From positions 32,001 to 96,000 of IMG/VR virus record IMGVR_UViG_3300031993_000004: a stretch of 64,000 nucleotides of DNA; one strand, 5' to 3'. The translations under genes and the position numbers were made by a program. Source of the stretch: a virus. Its lineage: Duplodnaviria; Caudoviricetes. This document shows positions 48,837 through 57,636 of this stretch, in pieces. The notes beneath the pieces were generated by a model that saw only the letters and a list, made by a program, of their open reading frames with translations, ran no database searches and was not told the origin of the DNA. The stretch's first letter is position 1, and every line of letters begins with the position of its first letter.

Positions 48837-50255
48837 ATGAGCAACCCAATCAAAAAGCGCATTGAAAAAATTGCTGACACATGCGCAATGTCAGCAGAGC
48901 ACTATCCGTTGCTGGAAAACTGGTTTCAGTGCACAGCAGAAACTGCTCGCGAGATTGAACGCTCGCAAATCAAATCTCTCGAAGAATTTGACAGCGTGGC
49001 ACTGGCATTGTCGGCACTGAGATCGGACATTCCAATCATTGACCGGTCCACTTTGAATGAAGGTATCGATGCATTACGGTCTGCATGCGCCAGATATTCG
49101 TCAGCCACCGATGAATTCTCTCCGTTCAACGCGTTAATTGCGCAGTCGTGCAATACGTTGATCGTTGTGGGTGAAGAGATCATCGGAGCACTCACCAATC
49201 TCAAAATTCTTGAGATTGCACTCGGCATCGGCACAATGGTCCCACGTGATGCTCCGGAAGAAGACGTGGCGACAACGGAACAGGAAAAAATCGAACAGAT
49301 TTGTTCCGCACCGGTACCGGCTGAAATCACCGTCACTTTACCGGCATCAGATAAGACTATCGTTCTTTCACAATGTGATGCAACTATTCTCGAACCCATC
49401 TTTGCCCAGAGAGAACAGGAACTGCAGGAGCCGATTCCGGAAGAAGACGCGGCGGCAACGGAACAGGAAAAAATCGAACAGATTTGTTCTGCACCGGCTG
49501 ACGAATGTGAGGAAAACAGTGGCTATACTGTTTTCGGAATTCCGATCGAGCAAATCGGAGTATCCCAGGAAGAAATCAAACGTGTTACAACAGATATTCC
49601 AGATCCGCCGAAGCCTAAGAAGAAACCCAATGAACCACGTAAAGTGGGAGTGCTGGATGTCCCGACTGGGTTTACCGCGCTCAAAGTTCCGGGTTTCCCG
49701 GATGACAGATTCATGTTGTCTGTAGATAATCAAATCGTTGACCGTCGGACAGGGCGGAAGATCAAAGCAACTCTCAGACACGGGGTTGAATATGTCAAGC
49801 TTTTCCATCCGAGAGATGAACATGGGGAACAACAGTTTGTCGAGTTCCCGCTCGCGGATCTGATCTCAAAATCTACATCTACAGCGGCATTGCCGCTTCC
49901 GAAACCTGCAATGACGGAGGAAAAAGACGACACATTTGTGTACGTCGATTGGTTTCCAGGAATACCTGCTCGGAAATATAAGGTATATGCCTCAGGAAAG
50001 GTATACGATACTGTACACAAAGAGTTTATACCCTATGACAGGAAGAACGAGTCTATTCGACTTACAGATTCGGATATCGAATCCCGCACGATTGGGGTTC
50101 ATGCGGTTGTCAAGGCGCTGAAACGGCAGTCACTCGTATGGCAGGCTTTCCATAAAGAATACCGGAATCAATCCAGGGTGTACATCTCTTTCAGAGATGG
50201 AAACAGACAGAATTGTGCACTCGACAATCTGTATATCGGAAGATCTGCAAAATAA
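48837..50255 (+). CDS. protein with an internal repeat and a C-terminal NUMOD4/HNH-like (degenerate) domain
   Basis: PEED.A.TEQEKIEQICSAP twice; YKVYASGKV..LVWQAF..ISFRDGNRQNCALDNL. Confidence 0.7.
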   Translation: MSNPIKKRIEKIADTCAMSAEHYPLLENWFQCTAETAREIERSQIKSLEEFDSVALALSALRSDIPIIDRSTLNEGIDALRSACARYSSATDEFSPFNALIAQSCNTLIVVGEEIIGALTNLKILEIALGIGTMVPRDAPEEDVATTEQEKIEQICSAPVPAEITVTLPASDKTIVLSQCDATILEPIFAQREQELQEPIPEEDAAATEQEKIEQICSAPADECEENSGYTVFGIPIEQIGVSQEEIKRVTTDIPDPPKPKKKPNEPRKVGVLDVPTGFTALKVPGFPDDRFMLSVDNQIVDRRTGRKIKATLRHGVEYVKLFHPRDEHGEQQFVEFPLADLISKSTSTAALPLPKPAMTEEKDDTFVYVDWFPGIPARKYKVYASGKVYDTVHKEFIPYDRKNESIRLTDSDIESRTIGVHAVVKALKRQSLVWQAFHKEYRNQSRVYISFRDGNRQNCALDNLYIGRSAK

Positions 50256-50330
50256 TTCCACGGCAAAATCGTCGTGCGGGTATCTTTCGTACTGAATGAT
50301 ACCCGCATGATAATATAGGAGGTAACCCTT

Positions 50331-51263
50331 ATGACAACTGCATATGAAAAATACGAAGATGTGACCGGAAACAAAGATGCTTTCATCAACCAGATAAAGT
50401 GTCATCCGGATTTCAGCGAATCATTAAATATGATCGTATGCGAACCGTCAATTTTCTATGCCGCGTCAGATGAACTTAAATCCGGCACTGTTTCGTTTGA
50501 GCATCAGTGCACGGGCCACATTCATCGCGCAACAGAGTTGGATCCCGCCAGAAAACGTGCAGCGTACGTGCTGTATCATAATAGCACGACAATGCCATAT
50601 TCAAAAGCCAAAGAACTTGCGGCTTTTGATATTGAGTCTGCGCTGGATCTGTCTTCTCTGTATCATATTGCGGAAAAGCTTGACGATAAGTTCTTCATAT
50701 TGGCTTATATGAAGCAATATGCTCGGAACGGAATCATTACGCACACGAAACCTCATATATTTGTCGCCGATATTGTGGAAGATACGGAGTATATGGACGT
50801 CACATACGCGGACGGCGTATTTTCTTCTCATCCTTCGGGTCACCACAAACGTGTATACCAACTATCCGACATTTCCGACATGCTGACTGTTGGAGATGAA
50901 ATCGTAATTGGTGATAATGCACGTGAGGAATTATCGAATGAACAGACGAAAGCCTGGTGTGATCGTCACGTAAATTGCTTGCTCCGATCTGACGGCATTC
51001 CGAATCTGGATTTGTACCATTTGTATTATTTGGATGCTGAGGTTGCTGAATATGTGGCAGAAAAGCTAAACGCAATTCCAAAAATGAGGATGCGTGTATG
51101 CAGACAATGTCATTCTTCATTCCTTCTTTCAGAATCGGAAATGCAATGGTATGCCGATAAGGGATTCAAACTCCCGAATCGATGCGGTGTATGCCGTTCT
51201 GACGAAAAACGAAGGAGACGAGAAGCAGAACGCGAAGAGTATTTCCGCGATCTGCTTTTCTGA
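50331..51263 (+). CDS. protein with a C-terminal zf-trcl-type zinc ribbon
   Basis: CRQCHSSFLLSESEMQWYADKGFKLPNRCGVCR. Confidence 0.75.
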   Translation: MTTAYEKYEDVTGNKDAFINQIKCHPDFSESLNMIVCEPSIFYAASDELKSGTVSFEHQCTGHIHRATELDPARKRAAYVLYHNSTTMPYSKAKELAAFDIESALDLSSLYHIAEKLDDKFFILAYMKQYARNGIITHTKPHIFVADIVEDTEYMDVTYADGVFSSHPSGHHKRVYQLSDISDMLTVGDEIVIGDNAREELSNEQTKAWCDRHVNCLLRSDGIPNLDLYHLYYLDAEVAEYVAEKLNAIPKMRMRVCRQCHSSFLLSESEMQWYADKGFKLPNRCGVCRSDEKRRRREAEREEYFRDLLF

Positions 51264-51305
51264 TATAATTGCCCATATGTACAACATGTATGTATGGGCA
51301 AAGAT

Positions 51306-51376
51306 GGGTTCGTAGTTTAATGGCAAAACAACGGTCTCCAAAACCGTTGATTGGGGTTCGATTCCCTGCGGACCTG
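51306..51376 (+). tRNA. tRNA-Trp(CCA)
   Basis: Cloverleaf; ACGGT-CTCCAAA-ACCGT. Confidence 0.9.
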
Positions 51377-51474
51377 TCAAAATAAAAGGGAGTTAAGTCG
51401 TGGCGGTTTGAATCTGCTTTTAAGGTTCGGAGTGTACCGCACCACGCTAGCCCAAAGTCCATAAACACTCATCT

Positions 51475-51558
51475 GCTGGTGTGGCGAAATCGGCAGACGC
51501 AGTAGACTCAAAATCTACCGGTGGCGATACCATGTGGGTTCGAGTCCCACCACCAGCA
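51475..51558 (+). tRNA. tRNA-Leu(CAA)
   Basis: GTAGA-CTCAAAA-TCTAC; long variable arm. Confidence 0.92.
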
Positions 51559-51559
51559 T

Positions 51560-51646
51560 TCATCACAGGAGATGAGAAGTTCCAGCACTTCTTCGTGGTC
51601 CCTCAATGAAACTGCGTAGTTTAAGGGTAAAACCCCCTGTGTTGAT
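51560..51646 (+). ncRNA. circularly permuted tRNA-like RNA (Y RNA/YrlA-like candidate)
   Basis: T-like arm, loop-closed acceptor stem and D arm, enclosed by a CACAGG/CCTGTG stem. Confidence 0.45.
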
Positions 51647-51706
51647 TCAAGGCGACATATCATGGTCTGGTGGTGGCAAAAGATGACACAGAAAAGGAGA
51701 AACGGT

Positions 51707-52066
51707 ATGGAACTGAAAAGACAAATGCCCGAGCAGCATGATGTTGTGACATTCTATATTAACAGCGATGAGTTTAACACCATGATGCTCAATCATACTG
51801 CAAACGAGTTTGTTGCGCAACGACTCAATGGCATTGCGATCAAAGAGAATGATCTGATTGTCATATATGTCGATCGCGGACAAACGCACAATCTGTCGGC
51901 AGAGCTGATGAAACAATTGATGAAATCCCTTGTCGATCAGCTTGGCTGCAAAGTTATATGCATGCCAGCTGTCGCACATCTCTCGGTTGAATCCAAAAAG
52001 GATTTCATTAATATGCTGAGAGAAACTATCATATATCTTGAAAAAGGCGATGACGAAAATAATTGA
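51707..52066 (+). CDS. hypothetical protein
   Basis: AAAGGAG RBS. Confidence 0.65.
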   Translation: MELKRQMPEQHDVVTFYINSDEFNTMMLNHTANEFVAQRLNGIAIKENDLIVIYVDRGQTHNLSAELMKQLMKSLVDQLGCKVICMPAVAHLSVESKKDFINMLRETIIYLEKGDDENN

Positions 52067-52204
52067 GAGCGATTGGCGATAGTGCGTGAATCGCGGTGGT
52101 ATGTTGTGTGGAACTAATTTCCAGGGGAGTTTCGATTCCAGACGAGGATCCTGGAGAAATAGAATGTCGAGGCCGTAAGATCTAGAAGCACATCATATTG
52201 TCAT

Positions 52205-52347
52205 CATTACCTCGTATGCAAGTGGTCAAAAGCAGTCTACCTTTGGTAGGTAGAGAAGACTCTCCACCCGGGATATCCGGCCGGGTATCGGGTTAAAACT
52301 CGCAATCGCGAGGGGGAGTACGCGGGTTCGAATCCCGCCGGGTAATG
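52205..52347 (+). ncRNA. tRNA-like RNA with a branched, greatly expanded variable region
   Basis: CATTACC/GGTAATG closing stem; D-like arm; GCGGG-TTCGAAT-CCCGC T arm. Confidence 0.55.
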
Positions 52348-52367
52348 TTGCTCAATTCTATATAGGC

Positions 52368-52440
52368 CGGGGTGTAGCGCAGTTGGTAGCGCGCCTGCTT
52401 TGGGAGCAGGATGCCGCAGGTTCGAATCCTGTCACTCCGA
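52368..52440 (+). tRNA. tRNA-Pro(TGG)
   Basis: CCTGC-TTTGGGA-GCAGG. Confidence 0.93.
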
Positions 52441-52448
52441 TTTCCCAT

Positions 52449-52532
52449 GCTACTGTGGCGAAATTGGCAGACGCAAGAGACTTAAAATCTCTCGGTGGAT
52501 ACATCTTGTGGGTTCAAGTCCCATCGGTAGCA
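52449..52532 (+). tRNA. tRNA-Leu(TAA)
   Basis: AGAGA-CTTAAAA-TCTCT. Confidence 0.9.
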
Positions 52533-52587
52533 TTCAAAGGCACTTACAGCAATTCTCAAATAATGATGAATGAACGATGTGCCTTGA

Positions 52588-52665
52588 GGTGAAGTAGCTC
52601 AGGTGGTAGAGCGTCGGGAGTGTAACTCCTGCAGGGATGTTAGGTTCGAGCCCTAACCTTCACCA
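52588..52665 (+). tRNA. atypical tRNA, probably Tyr(GTA)
   Basis: GGTGAAG/CTTCACC acceptor; CGGGA-GTGTAAC-TCCTG; short variable arm. Confidence 0.6.
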
Positions 52666-52782
52666 TCCACGTCCTGTCGGAACCTGTGTACGCAGGCCAA
52701 TTCCACAAATAAAAGGATATACGGCGCCAAATGACCGTGACGGTCATGTATATCCCTCTCGGCAGGCTCCGTGGTGCCATAT

Positions 52783-52860
52783 GCCAGTGTAGCTCAGTTG
52801 GTCGTTAAGAGCAGCTCCTTCATACGGAGAAGGTCGGTGGTTCGAATCCACTCATTGGCA
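52783..52860 (+). tRNA. tRNA with CAT anticodon (Met or Ile2)
   Basis: CTCC-TTCATAC-GGAG; enlarged D loop. Confidence 0.8.
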
Positions 52861-52884
52861 TTCATTTTTTCATCAATTGAGTAG

Positions 52885-53450
52885 TAAACAAAAGCCCATT
52901 CAAAGGATGGGTAAGCTTTACCAAGGAAATCGTTGCAGTGCACAAGGATAAGAGTATTGCGATATGCTGCATTCCTAGTATCGGACGAGTACGAAACCTT
53001 GGTTGTGTCATTGGCGCTATTAAGAAGCGTCTTCCCGAAAAGAGCCTCAACGTAAGATCCAGTAGAAGAATCCATAGTCTGGTGCATATCTCGGTCTGTG
53101 GATTGCGATGTAACTGGTGGGAAAAGGATGATACGGGAATCTCCTGAGTAGTGGCGAGCGAAAGGGATCCACAAGAGAGCATGGGGACACGATCCGAACA
53201 CGTGCTTGTGAGTGGTCAAAATCGCCCTGGAAACGGGCATGGGCAGTTATGAAAGATGATGAAAAGATGGCGACGGTTGTGTGCAGTCCAGACCATTTGG
53301 TTGGCGTGGGATACTAAGGAATCACCAGACTGCATATGAACCTAGATTGTTGTGTAAGCGGGAACGCACTGGCCACCTAGCGAGCCAGGTATACCGGAGG
53401 ATTCCGGCGAACATAATTGAAGTGAGACGCTCTATAATCTACACAACAAT
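52885..53450 (+). ncRNA. large structured ncRNA candidate
   Basis: About 570 nt between tRNAs with many helices, no credible ORF and a 23S rRNA-like motif. Confidence 0.5.
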
Positions 53451-53451
53451 T

Positions 53452-53527
53452 GGGGCTGGGCAGGAACACACGTGGCCAGGGTGGCGTTACGACGTTGCCT
53501 TACGGGTTCGAATCCCGTCACAGCTCT
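53452..53527 (+). ncRNA. anticodon-less tRNA-like element
   Basis: GGGGCTG/CAGCTCT acceptor with G3:U70; canonical T arm; UACG-capped stem. Confidence 0.45.
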
Positions 53528-53530
53528 TCT

Positions 53531-53603
53531 GACTCGGTAGCCAAGAGGCAAGGCAAGGGAGTGCAAATCCTAGATGCGTCGTGTTCGAATCCGACCCGAG
53601 TCT
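53531..53603 (+). tRNA. tRNA-Cys(GCA), slightly atypical
   Basis: GACTCGG/CCGAGTC acceptor; loop GTGCAAA; U73. Confidence 0.75.
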
Positions 53604-53610
53604 TTTTTTT

Positions 53611-53686
53611 GGGGTATTAGCTCAGACTGGATCAGAGCACCTCCCTTCTAAGGAGGGTGTCGTGGGTTCGAATCCTACATACCCCA
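53611..53686 (+). tRNA. tRNA-Arg(TCT)
   Basis: CCTCC-CTTCTAA-GGAGG. Confidence 0.9.
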
Positions 53687-53698
53687 TTCAACATTCCG

Positions 53699-53724
53699 AA
53701 ATTTCATATATATATTATTATTAT
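53699..53724 (+). promoter_or_regulatory. putative early promoter motif upstream of the ncRNA candidate
   Basis: AAATTTCATATATATATTATTATTAT. Confidence 0.6.
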
Positions 53725-54417
53725 GAAGGAAGATAACATCTTCCTTTACGCGCGACACCAGCGCAGCACAACGACAAACAAGACCGAACACGGCGGTCGG
53801 ACGATCCCGAAATATGGGATTGTCCTAGGGTCACTAGGCTAACCCAAAGCAAATGCTAGCCTAGTCAGTTCGACAGCAACTGTTAGGGGTCAACCCGAAA
53901 AGCTGTAGTAATCGCATGTCCTATCCGCAATGTATTGAAGCATTGTGTAACCCATGATAGGATTCCTGTATCACTCGCCTCTGGGAGTGATAGGAGTAGG
54001 CTCACACATTACGCCGAGACGCGAACAAAGAAGGCAGGTCGACTTCGCTTTCCTGCTGAGCGGTCAGAGGAATACCCATACATCCGTGGTGGGATGTGAC
54101 AGTGCGTTGTGGAGAAAAGTTATGGGGTTTCTCCGCCAATCGAAAATCGATTGCCTAGGGGGATGGGATGAGATCCATCGTCTGAGCACCTGCGTGAAGA
54201 ATATCTCAAACCAAGACAGACGTGGTCCACTGGCGGCCGCGCTTGGTCGGGTGTGCGGTTGCACCCAACGGAATGTGTCCGATTGCGGATAGGTCATTCG
54301 GGTTAAAACACGCTAATTAGCGTGCCGGCTGGGCCTGGATCCGAACCGGGCACAACAACGAGGAAGGATACTGAGTGGGATTGCGTGTGACAATCCCACT
54401 CATTATTCTTCTTATAA
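53725..54417 (+). ncRNA. large (~700 nt) structured ncRNA candidate
   Basis: Own promoter and terminator; many hairpins; 12-bp long-range pairing 53919-53930 with 54282-54293. Confidence 0.55.
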
Positions 54418-54426
54418 AGCGGGAGT

Positions 54427-54457
54427 GTCGGGGCCGATCCGGCCCCGAACTCTTTTG
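54427..54457 (+). terminator. intrinsic terminator
   Basis: TCGGGGCCG-ATC-CGGCCCCGA followed by a T tract. Confidence 0.7.
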
Positions 54458-54511
54458 ATCTATTTTTTATATTATATAGCGGGGGAGACCCCGCAGAAAG
54501 TGAGGATCATC

Positions 54512-55066
54512 ATGAGACCGACTAGACAAGAAATCAAATCCGTTGCAAGACGGAGAAGAAATCCGAATGGCGCATCGCGCGCCATCATCACAGCAGACGA
54601 TGTCCGCCAGTTGGCGGAAAAGCCCGTTCTGGAGTTGATGGGTTTGTTCCGCAGATGCTCCGGGACAAACGAAAGCGGTTTGGAGACCCTGTTCGGGGTC
54701 AAGAATGCTGCTCTTGACCGGGAGGCCCTTGAGCTGCTTGAGCCGATGTTCTTTCGTTATTTTGAACCGTTCTGTTTCAAAACAGAACGGTTCAACTCAT
54801 GGGAATTCAACATCCCCACGAGTGAACTACACGGTCTCGTGTATCTGGCAGATTATGACAACGAATTTGTGATAATGTCCCAATACGAAATAAGAAACAC
54901 TGGGGATGTAATCGATGTTGAAATCATCGGAATCGATAATGATTTCAGCACGGTAACCGTTTCCACGGGAACGAACTTCTCGTGGGGACAAACCGTCTGT
55001 TACTCCTACGACAGCTTGAGAGAAGCATATTTCGCTGCTGTCATTGAGCGAAGGTGGGAAAATTGA
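54512..55066 (+). CDS. hypothetical protein
   Basis: GAGG RBS before ATG 54512. Confidence 0.65.
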   Translation: MRPTRQEIKSVARRRRNPNGASRAIITADDVRQLAEKPVLELMGLFRRCSGTNESGLETLFGVKNAALDREALELLEPMFFRYFEPFCFKTERFNSWEFNIPTSELHGLVYLADYDNEFVIMSQYEIRNTGDVIDVEIIGIDNDFSTVTVSTGTNFSWGQTVCYSYDSLREAYFAAVIERRWEN

Positions 55067-55073
55067 GTGATTC

Positions 55074-55111
55074 AGGGGCGCTTCGGCGCCCCTCACTTTA
55101 TTTTTTTTTTT
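55074..55111 (+). terminator. intrinsic terminator
   Basis: AGGGGCGC-TTCG-GCGCCCCT followed by a long T tract. Confidence 0.85.
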
Positions 55112-55122
55112 GATATTCTGAT

Positions 55123-55142
55123 ATTTCATATATATATTATTT
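55123..55142 (+). promoter_or_regulatory. putative early promoter motif
   Basis: ATTTCATATATATATTATTT. Confidence 0.55.
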
Positions 55143-55199
55143 TTGTGCAAAGGAAGTGATCATTCCAATGCAAATAATAAGAAAGTGAGGAAAAAAATT

Positions 55200-55973
55200 A
55201 TGAGCATTATGAAAGACCCCGTAATCTGGTATACTCTCGATGATTTCTATGACAGAAATGTGACATGTGTTTCACTGACACGAGAAGCATGTGACAAGAT
55301 GTTTGACAATCATAATGATGAATTAAAAGCAGATGGATTCCAACCACATCCGGAATCGGACAGAAAGGATCTTGTTCAGAGTATCGCACTGACCGGAGAC
55401 CTGACGATATACTATTGTGTCGCAGGATACTATAGTGGACAAAGCGTGGTCGGTGCATGTTTACAAAATCAGCTTGAGGAAATGCAAGCATTTGTCGATA
55501 GGCTCAATGCCCAGCACGGTGACAACTTTTTCCACATTGAAAAAGTCACGCTCGGACTTTCTCAAAATACGGACAAGACGTACTATGGTGTCCGCCTTCC
55601 GATCATTTCCGATATTCCGGATGGTTATTGGAATACATACAAAAACGTGTCTATGGACAATCTCGAGAACTTCCTGGTTCCAAAGGTTGAAGTTTGTACA
55701 GGAGATGATATTGAAGACTTCAACAAATACGGAATGGCGCGCCCCGAGATTTACAATCTCACAGTTGATCAACTGTGTATGACAGACGGAAGTGTCAAGT
55801 ATCTGTACAAGTACACAGTCCGCTGTTATGCGACTGACGATGTTCAGGCATTGAAAATTGCTACGGAAGCATTATCTCAGTATCTGTATGAAAAGAGATG
55901 CAACGAACCGCAAACAATGCCTGATCCGAACAGAATAACGACATGGGATACTGGTGATCCTGAAGAACATTAA
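55200..55973 (+). CDS. hypothetical protein
   Basis: GAGG RBS. Confidence 0.7.
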   Translation: MSIMKDPVIWYTLDDFYDRNVTCVSLTREACDKMFDNHNDELKADGFQPHPESDRKDLVQSIALTGDLTIYYCVAGYYSGQSVVGACLQNQLEEMQAFVDRLNAQHGDNFFHIEKVTLGLSQNTDKTYYGVRLPIISDIPDGYWNTYKNVSMDNLENFLVPKVEVCTGDDIEDFNKYGMARPEIYNLTVDQLCMTDGSVKYLYKYTVRCYATDDVQALKIATEALSQYLYEKRCNEPQTMPDPNRITTWDTGDPEEH

Positions 55974-55987
55974 TGGAGGTTTAAAAA

Positions 55988-56704
55988 ATGGGCACTCAAG
56001 ATAGAAATCAAGAACTGGTAAGATCCAGATTTATAATGGCAAAACCACTGTATCTGAGCACAGTTGAAAAATGGGCAAAAGAACCCGCTGAAAACAAGAA
56101 CGGGTTCACAGAGCAAACCAGAGCTATCTATGCATCAGCAGCCGAGGAGGCTGAGAAGGAACATATTGATGGAAATGCAGTCCAGGTTTGCGAGCTGATC
56201 TTTGCGGAAAAAGAAGATGGTGCTGAGCGCATCATTTCCAGAATTCCGTTTCTGGTGACGTATCAATATAAAGAATCCCCGTATGGGAAAGGCGAACATG
56301 ACTGGTTCGCAACACCAAAAATGTATAACGTACACTCGTGGGAATACGGCACACCACAGATCGCATCCCCGCCGCTCAAAAAAGAGCAAAATTCTCACGC
56401 GGATTATTTGTGTTCTGCGGTCTTTACGATGCACGCTGTCATCAGAAGTGTCGCTCGTTCAGTGGCAGCAAACTCAAGCATCCCGTATAATTCAGAAATT
56501 ACAGACGGATGGTTACAAGATTCAGGCGCTGCACACGAATTCATTGTTCGTGCAAAATACTTATTGCACGACTGGTTTGAAAAACAGCATAAGCAGAGCA
56601 GATCTCCGATTGATCAGGATACCATCAATCAGAATGCAGCATTTCTGATGAGATCACTTGCTGCTCTTACAAATTCCACAGATGAAGGAGATGTTTCCAA
56701 ATGA
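55988..56704 (+). CDS. hypothetical protein
   Basis: GGAGG RBS. Confidence 0.7.
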   Translation: MGTQDRNQELVRSRFIMAKPLYLSTVEKWAKEPAENKNGFTEQTRAIYASAAEEAEKEHIDGNAVQVCELIFAEKEDGAERIISRIPFLVTYQYKESPYGKGEHDWFATPKMYNVHSWEYGTPQIASPPLKKEQNSHADYLCSAVFTMHAVIRSVARSVAANSSIPYNSEITDGWLQDSGAAHEFIVRAKYLLHDWFEKQHKQSRSPIDQDTINQNAAFLMRSLAALTNSTDEGDVSK

Positions 56705-57636
56705 TGAAAGCTGTGCTCCGATTAACATATAATGGCGTTGAACACAACATCATTTGTGAAGGCCGTTCAATCTATCCGGATTGTCTGGTTGAAGATGATG
56801 AACACCTGTATGTATACGAACTCTCAGAAAGATTAATCGAATGGCAGACAATTGTCGATGGCAAACCTTTGTGGCGGATTCATGTGACACATGATCCGTC
56901 CAAGAATGCGAAGTTATTCATTGTCACAAAATCGTCTCTTCGAAAAATATTCAAGCTGGACCCAATCGATGAGTACTGGATTGATGTTGAGGAAATCATT
57001 CCGTTTGATGATGATAAAGAGCACCCGTATTCGTATTCTTACGATGAGCGTGGTGAATATTTCGTCACAAATCCATTTTTACAAGATATGCCGGAATATC
57101 CGTTTGATCGGGATGAACTGACAAAAGCATATACAGAAATCATCGGGAATGAAGTCCTCGGGGATTCTTGTGCGGACGAACTGATGACTGAACTGGTTTG
57201 CTCTGGAGAGATTATTAATGCCGCCGGAGATTTCCGTATATGGACAGAAGAGGAAAATACCTATATTCTTCATCTGCCTTCTGGTACCATCGTTGGATGG
57301 TATAAGTTCTTCCATATCGGCAGATGCAATTTCTGTAATAAGCCTAATATGACAATTGCTGATTTGCGTCAATTCTTTATGCTACTGCGCAATCAGCTTC
57401 TCAAAGAACCTGATCGTGTAACTGATCCTATCATTCCGAAAGTTGCTGTTACGGAAATCGATCGCAATACGTATCCGGGAGATCCAAACGAGGATGTCAT
57501 TCTTGATATGTCGTCCATGTATCCGAAAATTGGAATCGTGATTCCGTCGGAGCATACGACATCTGATGGAAAGATCATCTATCATGGTGAACAAGGTCCC
57601 GATGAAGGAGACGATTATGAAACAGACGACAATTGA
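56701..57636 (+). CDS. hypothetical protein
   Basis: AAGGAG RBS; overlapping start. Confidence 0.7.
   Translation: MMKAVLRLTYNGVEHNIICEGRSIYPDCLVEDDEHLYVYELSERLIEWQTIVDGKPLWRIHVTHDPSKNAKLFIVTKSSLRKIFKLDPIDEYWIDVEEIIPFDDDKEHPYSYSYDERGEYFVTNPFLQDMPEYPFDRDELTKAYTEIIGNEVLGDSCADELMTELVCSGEIINAAGDFRIWTEEENTYILHLPSGTIVGWYKFFHIGRCNFCNKPNMTIADLRQFFMLLRNQLLKEPDRVTDPIIPKVAVTEIDRNTYPGDPNEDVILDMSSMYPKIGIVIPSEHTTSDGKIIYHGEQGPDEGDDYETDDN

Noticed and set aside
52885-53450. RNase P RNA or a true 23S rRNA fragment
   Set aside because: It lacks the GAGGAAAGUCC and P4 partner signatures; rRNA similarity is limited to a ~30-nt motif
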